Assembly: GCA_964270895.1 (NCBI GenBank)
Contig: OZ185437.1
Source of the DNA: Podarcis filfolensis
Lineage: Eukaryota
Length of the DNA: 64,000 nt
Direction: 5' to 3' (one strand)
The notes under the pieces were generated by a model that made no database searches, was not told the origin of the DNA, and saw only the letters and a program-made list of their open reading frames with translations. Below, one piece after another: positions 1-11,456 of this stretch. Within the stretch, counting starts at the first letter, position 1, and every line of letters begins with the position of its first letter. A program made the translations under genes and the position numbers.

Positions 1-312
1 AATTGACCCTACCTGCTCTCAGTTGGGAGTGGGAGAGAAAGAGATGCAGTGTCACCTTCCCCTTTCCCCTCCCAGCTGTATGTTTAATTAGGTTGTTTTT
101 TTTAAAAAAAAAAAACCTATTTGAACATTAGCTCTGCCCCCAACTAATTCAGGATCAGATCCCACGTAGGGTGGATGTTCCCCACATTGGCCCAGGGCAG
201 GTTGACCTTATTAGGGACCTATAGATTGGGACTGTGAGACAGATGTAGGGCTGCGCACAACCTTATTTCACACATCTAGGATCCCTTGGATCCAGGCAGA
301 TTATAGCTATAC

Positions 313-350
<38 letters not shown>
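313..350. repeat. (CT)n(GT)n compound microsatellite
   Basis: Read directly. Confidence 0.95.
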
Positions 351-3300
351 AAGAGTGTTATATATATTATATTAAATACTCAGCATCATACTCAGTTTGC
401 AACATTGGCCAATTTGTGGTGTGTCATAATTCCAATGGGTGTTTCCTAAGATGCACATTGCTTTCAGCAATATTCAAAGCCTCGAACTTGATAAAGTGAT
501 TGAAAAGGTCACGTTCAAACCCCATTATTTCCATCACTTAAGACAGCTGACACTGAAATCAATACATTCTGAAATGAGTTAAAATACCAGGAGGCCTCAT
601 CATTTCCATTTCAAAGTCGTAACAAGAAGCTTCGTTCAGAAATTCACGCTGTCAAAAACGTGATATACAGAATAATACATATTAGTAGTGAATTATGCAA
701 TTATTATTCTTATTTTAACCACTGCATACCTAACAAAAACAATTTGGAATGACAATTGAAGTGATTGACATTAGAGAACCTTAAAAAACTTTCTTGTAGG
801 AGGCATCCCCAGATATCTTGAAAATTTGAAAGGCTTGGCTTGGGACTGGTGGTTTCTGCCGAGGAAGAGTGAAAGCTTAGTCTATATTGCATTGCACTTG
901 TGGCAGTGAAGCCTCAGGCGTCTACTGACCATGGATGCTGTAAGGCACAGAGACCTGAGTCTTGGCTCTTTTACACAGGATCCCATATCTCCTGCCCTTT
1001 CTCTTCTTTTTTAAACTAAAGAAAAACCCACATATTTTGCTTTCCTGGTGGCTTTCCCTCTGAAAATTGGCGCCCAGATTTGTACCTCTAAACATAAAGT
1101 AGCATACGCAAATTTATATACCAATTTGTGCCACAGGCCTGCACCCCAAGTCTTTTAAAGACCTAGTAATGCCTCTGCTACTGACTGAGCTTAAGTGACA
1201 GCACAGAATGTTCATAGCCATTCCAACTTTCAGGCAACAAAGGTGTCATCAGCAAGTCAGTCACATATATTTGCCAGAAACTACTGGCCATCACAAAAAA
1301 AGAAGATGTCATCAGATCTGCAGTGTAGGCCACTTCAGTTGGGGAAGTGAAAGCTGTCAGTTTAGCTAGGATTAAAACCTTACACAGGTCCTAACAGCAT
1401 CATTTTGTGGGGTTGTCTGAGGACTGGGAAGGAGCTATGGATGTCAGGGACAGACAGCTTGTTAATGCTGGAAGTCTAAACCCATGAAGAGTTGCAAAGG
1501 AAGGAAATTCTGATAGTTGTGGCTGCCTGGCTTCTGCTCACACCAAGTGCATGCAACCAATTTAGTTTGTTTTTAAATGCTGTGTATCTATGACTCATGC
1601 AAATGTATTGCCTTTGCTTTTATAACCCCCAAGGATGGCCTTTAAATACGTACTTGCTGGAACGCAAAGGGCTATTCTGAAAATAAAGTTTGTATTTTTT
1701 CAGTAACTTGTGCTCTTCTTTTAACACTGTGGCATGGGGTTTGGGCAAAGCTAAGGGGGTAAAGGCAGCCAAGAAACAGTGGAATGCCCGAAATTTCACA
1801 CAATGGTTTGAACAAACCAGCAACTTATTTGGCTGTAGGCTTCCACTGTACAGATGAATATTGTTCACCTTCACTGTCAGAATATGAAGCTTCAGTCAAT
1901 ACACTTTCCTCTTATTTCCATGGCATGCATTATTTAAGATGACTGCTCCATGACCACAAGCTCTTTTGTTTCATTTTTGGTTCACGTAAAGGCTAATTGA
2001 TCATTTCTAAGGATGCCCTAAAAACTCAAGGAACTGAACACTGCAGCACAGACTGGGCCAACATTCTTATCTCCAGTTTATCTCATCAATTCTACACTGT
2101 CCGAAGGATGTAATGCTTTGCAAAGCAGCACCAGAACATCAGGCAGCACACCAAAATCGTACACACTTATTTATCGCATCAGTCTCATGGGCACTCAAAA
2201 GTTATAGGGATAAAATGTATGCACTTAAATAGAAATGGGGGCATAGGTGGAACAATGTGTAGTCATTTTATTCGGCTGACATTACACATTGAGACCACTG
2301 AACTTCCAAATACATTGAATTTCACATGTAATCAGTTTGCTGCTGAATGCTGTAGAACTGCATATTGATGAATGTTGCATGCTGAAAGTCTTATGTGAGT
2401 GGGGCAGGATAATTCACACAGGACTGAGTAGTAGAATTGGATAATTCACATGACTGGGTAGTTGTAATATTCTCTCCTACCTTTCCAAGATATTATGCAA
2501 TGAAAAATGCACCCTGCCATATAGCCTTGACGCAATGATCTAAAACCAATTCCTAGCTGACGGATATCCCTGCATTTGGAACACTTGCTGTAACATGATG
2601 AGGCAGAAATGATGAAATAAATGCTAGTCTCTATTGAACAGGCAGGCTAACGGTCTACATTGCCACATCTTATGTGGCCTCTGACACCTCCTGCAGAAGC
2701 CCCATTTGGCATCACCTGAAGAGTGTCTTTCTTCCTATTTGTTTCCTCCTTCAAATGCGTTCTAAACTTTATGTAGGGTTCGTAACAATTAGAAAGGCTG
2801 AAAAAAGACTTAAAAAACCCCCTCCCCCCCAACGTATGGCCTCAATGCGTGTTTATATTGAGACACACGAAGAGTGCCACACAGCACGTACCATTTGCAC
2901 ACCACAGCCTGAATGTCCATTTGCAGAAGGAAACAGAAGGAAAGGGAAGAGTTTGTGGAAGTAATAGGTTTCAAATATGGATGCAAGTATGACAAAGGTG
3001 TGACACGGAATATATTTGAGCTTAGACATATCTACACTTCTTTAGATAAGAATTTGCAGCATAATTTACACCCAAGAAGGGAGTTCAAGGCAAGAAGGAC
3101 AATCAAGAAGATTAAGGAGAATCAGCAGCACACGAAGGAAGCACTGGAATAGAAGAAATAAGAGATCGATTGTCTTGGGCAGGATTAAGACTCAAATGTA
3201 GAGGCTGGTGTTGTTTGTGAGCACTGTAATTGAAACCTATGTCTCCCTACGTTTTATTTATTTCTTTAATTTCTATACCGCTTTATATTTTTAATAAAAA

Positions 3301-3949
3301 TCTCAAAGCAGTTTACAGCCTATTAAAACAATAAAACTATAGCTATGCGATGTTCCTCTGGCCTCATGAGGAGCCTCCGGGCTTTCATTTTAAGAGTCTA
3401 CTGGGAATGTTCTGTTTTTCCTTATTTTGGAGTAACACTTTGGGTTATGGTGACCTTGACATTACATATTGCCAAGGGTGCTTCAACACTATGTGTTTTG
3501 TAGAGAACAGAAAAAACAACAACTACACTTGTGGTTGTGTGTATGTCAAAATGTATGGTAATTCTGTTTCTACAATCATCTGTCAATCATCCATTTACAG
3601 AGAGGGCGAAATAATTCAGCTTGATATGGGCTTTAGTGCACCGGCTAGTTGCGGTGAACTGTTAATTATAAGCTCTGGATTGGACAAGGAGCCAGCAAAT
3701 TATTTACAGTGAAGTGAAGGGCCTTTGTCCTGAACCCACATGCAATCCCATCCAGATCCTTTCAGGCATTACAATCTGCTAAGAATAGATAGCTGTAGCT
3801 ATCAAGATTGCCCATAGATAGGAAACAGTTCTGGTCCACCCACGTGATCCCTTAATGTATCAGGTACAATGCAGAAGTGCACCCATCTTCACAAGATGAC
3901 ACTCATACATGTTGAAGTTGAAGGGATGAACAGAGCTTTTCTAAATTAT

Positions 3950-4590
3950 TTCAATTATCCTTGAGAAAGAGTCACACGATTCCTGGAATTTATCAAGGAT
4001 ATTATATAGGTGGAAGAACACGCATGTTATGAACTGAATGGACATTATTTCTGGGTTACAAAACTGAATATTATTTATCTCTGAGCTTCAGAATTCTTCA
4101 GTTCTTGGGTGGATGGTAATATTTGTCCAAATAAAAGCAATCACTGGACAAAATGTCTCTAAACATGCAGGGAGGGCTCACCTAAATCTTTTCATGGGAG
4201 ACAATGTTAAGCTGCAGTTTAAACCTCCAATAAGTTCTTTTCTACTAGCAGCCAGGCTCATAATAATGGGATACTGGAATAATTTAGAAGGTGCCTCTCT
4301 GACAAATTGGCACAGCAAAGTATGGCAAAAAGCACTTGTGGGAAAATTAAATAATAAAATGAAATTGGCTAATAACGAAAATGGAGGACTCCTCTCACAT
4401 TACAGAACATTTTGGTTAACTTAAAATGATTATTGCATTGTCCAAATAGTAGTTTGGGATAAGAACTGATGTTATTTGGCCATTATGTATTTATGTATTG
4501 TCTAAATAACAGCTTCTAGGTAAGGGTGTGATATTTCATTATTTATCTGTATAAATGTTGTTGTATATTGAAAGAATTTAATAAAAGAAG
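3950..4590 (+). mobile_element. Old L1 ORF2 C-terminal / 3' fragment
   Basis: LLAARLIIMGYW...SLTNWHSKVW...KL resembles the squamate L1 ORF2 C-terminus; A-rich end near 4580; boundaries approximate. Confidence 0.55.
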
Positions 4591-7500
4591 ATGAAAGAAA
4601 CAATTATATTCCTTTTTTTAATGATATTTTCCTTGTTTGGGGAGGAGAGAATCCATGTTTAAATGTATTTCATTTGGAAAGAAGAGCTATATGGCTTAAA
4701 AAAAAAATACCGAAAAGAATTCACATAAAACATTCAATCCACACAAGACTTTAGGGAGAGATTTACAGATTTCATTTCTGCGGAGGTAGAATATGCTAAG
4801 TTTCATTGCGTTTAGATAGGATTAATAAAATAGTAATTAAAGGGGGGGGGGGAAATAGCTTAAAGTAAGGACATTCAGAAGGCATAATAGGTTTACAGTA
4901 ATAAACATTTTAAGCTTGTGACAAATATAAGCATTAAAAACACCACAGGAAACAATTAAGAACAATAATAAAAAATAACTGTTGAGGAAATGAGACCATT
5001 TAAAGCCTGCTCTTTAGGAAAGCAATTTCTCTTAAAGGGACCATTCTTAGGATCAATAGGTAGGCTGGGGGCCTATTCTGAGAAAATAAATGTTTAAAAT
5101 GGTGTTTGATGTATACTAATTAAATGAAGACAGTTTGAAGCATATTTCCAGAACATAAATATTACATCTGAGGCATTGTTTTACGGAAGTTTTTTGAGTT
5201 TCAGTATTTATTTATTTACTTTTGTCCCTTTGCACATTCAGTGATGGGCAAAGCAACCATGTCAAGAAGGTTGGCTTCAAGGTGGCAGGTCCTGCATAGC
5301 AAAAGAAACCAAAATAAAAACAATAACCTCAAGCTATTTGTTCAAATAAACCAAATAACCAATCCAGATTCTGAGGGACCTTTAGAATATCGAGGCTTTG
5401 ATCAGTGTATCTGATATGACATTTACCTCGATTGCTCAGTGAATAGTGAAAGGTCATAAGCTACACAAATAAGCAGCTGAACACAAATGCAGAAGAATTC
5501 ATTTCTCCGTACAAGGACACCCAAACCTTTCAATTTGCTCCCACATCTATGACCCTGGCAGTGATTTAAAAGGAAAGCAGTGTTCCAGAAAAGCTCTTTT
5601 GTTTGACGGCACATTCCATTTGTCCCTTTCCTTTAGTACTCTTATGTCTGGAATAGAAACCATTAGATCTATAACATGAAGACATATCTATATCCCCTAC
5701 AGGTAACCTTTGCATACAACAATCTACAGGACATGCTAATATCAAGTCCTCAAACATCAGACACAAATCAACATGGTTGGAGATGTAAGAGAATGTGCTG
5801 TGTCTTAATAACAAGCATTTCCTACAGAATGTGTTTCAATAAGATTCACGTTTCAAATAATTGTGAGAAACTTCTAAACTTGTTTGCAGCTATCTAAAAC
5901 CAAATCTTAAGTTTCCATTCATTTATCACTCTAAATCTAGAAAGATTTAGATATATACCATGACAGTTCAAAATACACTGAACAATCAGCACTATTTTTC
6001 TATAAAAAGGAGTGCCAAAACTCTGAGAACAATGATGATAAACCTTCAAACCCATAGATCCCTGAAGCATGGCTCCCTGGGTGGGTGGCTAAAGTTAGGT
6101 ATTAACCACTGGGGTTGAACAGGGTGGGGCAGCATTGCTTATCCAGCTTTCCAATGCAGAGTTGACCGCTGGTAACTATGAGGGACAGGTGAACAGGGAG
6201 GTAGGCATTGTGCGGACGCAATGTTGTAGCTAACCGATATTCCCACTCCTGCTCCTGCGCTACACTAACCTCAGCTCTCCCACTCTCAGTTATTGGCAGT
6301 GACTTCCATATTTGGCAGCCAGGTAATCAACTTGGCCCAAGCCTACTCCACAGCACCAGCTGATACTGGCATTAACCTGTTACTCTGGCACTCCAAAATA
6401 CACCCCAAAATTGTGAAATGAAGGGATTTGGTGCATCAGCAATGTACCTATTTTTTGCAGGGGTGGGGACGGACGGACAGAAGACTTCATCTCTCTATGT
6501 CAGAAGCTAGGTAATCCTATGGACTGAACCATGTAAGGACAGTCTGGAGTCCATTCCATAAGGGGTTAAAGTAGAGTAAATAGGGACAGAGGGAAGAGGA
6601 ATTATTCCGGCTTAATCTGACACTCCTGAATTTCCTTGCTTATAGAATCACAATCCCCAGTCAGCTTGGCACACACTTTTCCAGATTCTGCAATGCAGCT
6701 CCAGTGCACAAAACGTGCTCTGAAATGTGTCTTCTATGTAAAAGATGCACACAAACTGTGTGTTTTATGGATCAATGCATCAAAAAGTGTATATTTGATG
6801 TTATGTTACAGAATGTGTACGATTTAATGATAGATTTGTGTATTCTATTAGGAAACAGAATTGGCCTGTGATGAGCACCACCAGCAAGACTTAAACAGGA
6901 TGAAATCCTGTCTACGATCCATTCCCTAAGACTGAACTCTTAAACTTCAGTGAAAACTTTCATGTTTGGAGGAAACAGTAATTTTAGCTGACAGGACAAT
7001 TAGAGCAGAAGATGTTAGACATTAGACCTATACATGGCTAGAAGAATGTGATACACAAACATATAAATGGCATGGCATCCAGTATGAAAGAAAATGCAAC
7101 CAATCATATACTGGAATGCATTATGTTTCTTAACTAGAAATAGGACCATAAATAGATGTCCAAACCCATCTAATCTTCTCTGATATAATATATTAAATGA
7201 AAATGTGAAGTCCCCTAGCCAGACACATACATATTCAGTTTTATTGTAATTGATACAATTTTTTAAAAAAGAAAAGAAAATAGACTGTATTTTTTTCTTC
7301 CAGGACTATAGGAGTTAATGTGTTTTACTATTTTATACAAAATGGTTGCTTTGGTTTCCCACTCTTTCTCAAATGAAGGCAATTTAATGACTTTTCTGGT
7401 AATTGGATATGTTTAAATTTGAACTGTATTTTTTGGTCTCAATGATACCCACAAAAAATAACTGCTGCTATCTGGGGTCTTTTCTCAAATTTGCAATGTC

Positions 7501-8280
7501 TCTCTTTAACCTTCTAGCTACTTGGCCCTTATTTTGCAATTAAGTTTGAAGAAAGAAATCTCAGACTGCTAAATGGAAAAATCCGGCTGCTTCACCACAT
7601 TTAACTTGGCTTCAGGCATGTACACAAACCTCTTTGATTTATTTCTGTTATACCTACCGTTTCTGAAATACGGTTTGCGCTTCCTTTGTCAGATGGGCTG
7701 TGCTTTTCTTTTTTTAAAAAAACCAACTACGTTGCACTGATGTTCCATGCATCTTCTAAACTACCATAATCACACCAATAAATGTCAGAAACATCAGCAG
7801 GAAATTGACAAGATGGGTCATCTACCAATAAACTACTCCTAAATGGTCCAAGCGTTAAACTTGTCATTTTCTCTGGGCACGAATATTATGTGCATCGTTA
7901 CTTTTTCACTTCCTCTTCCCACTGCCCTTTTAGGCAGTTACATGGGATAGCTTTGTTCACAAATTAGAAAGCCAGAATTTTATAGATCTCTCCCTCTTTC
8001 CCATCTCCTTCTTTCCCACCCAGCTCAAGGTCGTAACTTTCTCCTTTCTATGGAGGCAGGTTATCGCTGTGCTTAACAGCGAGGTATACTAATCCCCAAA
8101 GCTGTCATCTTCATTGGAAAGGTTTCAGAGTAAATTCCACAAACTGCATTTGAGTCTCCCCTCTTTCCAAAGCAACATTCTATATGGCACAGACAACCAA
8201 GGCAGTGTACTGGGGTAACCAGCTTGGTGTGTTGGCTAGGGGTGATCCTGTTTCAAAGTTGATTTGGTGTTTTCTAAAGC

Positions 8281-8490
8281 ACTGGCGGAGGAAGGGGGTG
8301 CGGTAGGTGCAGTCCATCCTGGGTGTCATCCCTGGGGGGCTGACATCGCTGCCCTGCCCTCCTGGGACTCTTGCCGCGGGCGGCACCCCCCTGGGACCCT
8401 CGCCCCATAGGTGGCGACCCTGCAGGCAGCTAGCCCCGCCCCCATGGGCAGCTAGCTCCGCTCCTGGGTGCACAGTATATACACCACTCT
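8281..8490. mobile_element. GC-rich MITE-like repeat
   Basis: Begins CACTGGCGGAGGAAGG, ends near ...ACACCACT; GC-rich island in AT-rich DNA; no TSD confirmed. Confidence 0.35.
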
Positions 8491-11079
8491 TAAACAGCTA
8501 GCTCCGCCTCTATTCTAAAGGAGACTGCCTCAGTCTGAGGAATCATAGAATCATTGATTCATAGAGTTGGAAGAGACCACAAGGGCCATCGAGTCCAACC
8601 CCCTGCCAAGCAGGAAACACCATCAGAGCACTCCTGACATATGGTTGTCAAGCCTCTGCTTAAAGACCTCCAAAGAAGGAGACTCCACCACACTCCTTGG
8701 CAGCAAATTCCACTGTCGAACAGCTCTTACTGTCAGGAAGTTCTTCCTAATGTTTAGGTGGAATCTTCTTTCTTGTAGTTTGGATCCATTGCTCCGTGTC
8801 CGCTTCTCTGGAGCAGCAGAAAACAACCTTTCTCCCTCCTCTATGTGACATCCTTTTATATATTTGAACATGGCTATCATATCACCCCTTAACCTCCTCT
8901 TCTCCAGGCTAAACATGCCCAGCTCCCTTAGCCGTTCCTCATAAGGCATCGTTTCCAGGCCTTTGACCAATTTGTTTGCCCTCCTCTGGACACGTTCCAG
9001 TTTGTCAGTGTCCTTCTTGAACTGTGGTGCCCAGAACTGGACACAGTACTCCAGGTGAGGTCTGACCAGAGCAGAATACAGTGGCACTATTACTTCCCTT
9101 GATCTAGATGCTATACTCCTATTGATGCAGCCCAGAATTGCATTGGCTTTTTTAGCTGCCGCGTCACACTGTTGGCTCATGTCAAGTTTGTGGTCAACCA
9201 AGACTCCTAGATCCTTTTCACATGTACTGCTCTCAAGCCAGGTGTCACCCATCTTGTATTTGTGCCTCTCATTTTTTTTGCCCAAGTGCAATACTTTACA
9301 TTTCTCCCTGTTAAAATTCATCTTGTTTGTTTTGGCCCAGTTCTCTAATCTGTTAAGGTCGTTTTGAAGTGTGATCCTGTCCTCTGGGGTGTTAGCCACC
9401 CCTCCCAGTTTGGTGTCATCTGAAAATTTGATCAGGATGCCCTTGAGTCCATCATCCAAGTCATTGATAAAGATGTTGAATAAGACTGGGCCCAAGACAG
9501 AACCCTGTGGCACCCCACTAGTCACTCTTCTCCAGGATGAAGAGGAACCATTGATGAGCACCCTTTGGGTTCGGTCAGTCAGCCAGTTACAAATCCACTG
9601 AGTGGTAGCATAGTCAAGACCGCATTTTACCAGCTTCTTTACAAGAATATCATGGGGCACCTTGTCAAATGCCTTGCTGAAATCAAGGTAGGCTATATCC
9701 ACTGCGTTCCCTTCATCTACCAGGGTTGTAATTCTGTCAAAAAACGAGATCAGGTTAGTCTGACATGACTTATTTTTCAGAAATCCATGCTGACTATTGG
9801 TGATCACAGCATTCCTTTCTAGGTGCTCACAGACTGTTTGCTTAATGATCTGCTCCAGAATCTTCCCTGGTATTGATGTCAGACTGACTGGGCGGTAATT
9901 ATTTGGGTCCTCTCTTTCCCCCTTTTTGAAAATAGGGACAACATTTGCCCTCCTCCAGTCTGCCGGGACTTCGCCTGTTCTCCAGGAATTCTCAAAGATG
10001 ACTGCCAGTGGTTCTGAGATCACATCTGCCAGTTCTTTTAATACTCTTGGATGCAGTTCATCTGGCCCTGGAGACTTGAATACATCTAAGCTAGCCAAGT
10101 ATTCTTGTACTATCTCCTTAGTTTTTCTGGGCTGTGTTTCCTCTGTTGAATCATTTGCTCCAAATTCTTCAGGTCGGGCATTGTTTTCTTTATCGGAGAA
10201 GAGTGAGGCAAAGAAGGCATTGAGGAGTTCAGCCCTTTCTGTGTCCCCTGTTTGCATTTCACCATCTTCTCCTCTGAGTGACCCCACTGTTTCTTTGTTC
10301 TTCCTTTTGCTACGAACATACCCATAAAAACCTTTTTTGTTGCTTTTAACCTCTCTAGCAAGCCTGAGTTCATTCTGTGCTTTAGCTTTTTTGACTTTGT
10401 GTCTACATGTGCTGGCTATTTGTTTGAATTCCTCTTTGGTGGTTTCCCCCCTTTTCCATTTTTTGTACGCATCCTTTTTTAATCTTAACTCAGTTAAAAG
10501 TTCTTTAGATAGCCACCCTGGCTTCTTTAGGCACCTTCCATGTTTCCGTCTCACTGGTATTGCCTGAAGTTGTGCTTTTACTATCTCCCTCTTAACAAAC
10601 TCCCAGCCATCATGAACTCCCTTTCCTTTTAGTATTACTGTCCATGGGATCTCACCCAGCACTTCCCTAAGTTTTATGAAGTCGGCTTTCTTAAAGTCAA
10701 GAAATTGAGTCCTAGTATGCTTGGCTGCTCCTTTCCGCTGTATAGTAAACTTCAGAAGAGCATGATCACTCGCGCCTAATGATCCTTCCACTTCTACCCC
10801 ACTAACCCAGGTCATCAACATTGGTTAGGACCAGATCTAAAATGGCTGTTCCTCTTGTTGCTTCTCCCACTTTCTGGACAATGAAGTTGTCTGCAAGGCC
10901 AGTAAGGAATCTGTTTGACCTTATGCTCTTGGCTGAGTTTGACATCCAACAAATATCTGGGTAATTGAAGTCCCTCATTACTACTATCTCCCTTCCTTTT
11001 GCATGCTTGGCCATCTGTTCCAGGAAGGCATCATCTATGTCCTCCGTTTGGCTTGGGGATCTATAGTAAACTCCCACAA

Positions 11080-11456
11080 TGTCCGTGGGAGTCAATTACG
11101 TCCAGGGGTCCGGCACACTTCCCTGCGCCTCCTCTGACCCTTCCGAAGACCTTTGACTCAGCAGAGCGTAAAACACAGCGGATGTAGAAGCTTGAAACGT
11201 TCTGTCGTGTGGTGGCAATAACTCAGGCTGACACGCAGCTCTCCTTATCTTAAAGTCTTTATTCCCGTACAGATCAACACATCGTAAATCTTCCCGGTGA
11301 GACGCAACTCATGTCGACTCTCTCTCACACTGCGTGCGTCTTTCTCTCTCTCTCTCGGAGATACTGGCCACTCCCAGTGTTCTATCCCCGCCCTCAGAAT
11401 GTGAGGCGTCATCACTCAGAACTCTTAACCCTGTAAGTTCAAAGCCTCTATTAACA
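11080..11456 (-). repeat. 3' LTR (377 bp)
   Basis: Identical to 14226-14602 except at 11357 and 11441-11442; minus-strand AATAAA at 11258-11263; preceded on the minus strand by the PPT. Confidence 0.96.

Noticed and set aside
8528-8540. CCTCAG-T-CTGAGG palindrome at the CR1 3' junction
   Set aside because: A 6-bp arm is expected by chance, and no TSD linking it to the insertion was found.
9122-10567. Several plus-strand ORFs of 67-133 aa
   Set aside because: They are antisense shadows of CR1 ORF2.
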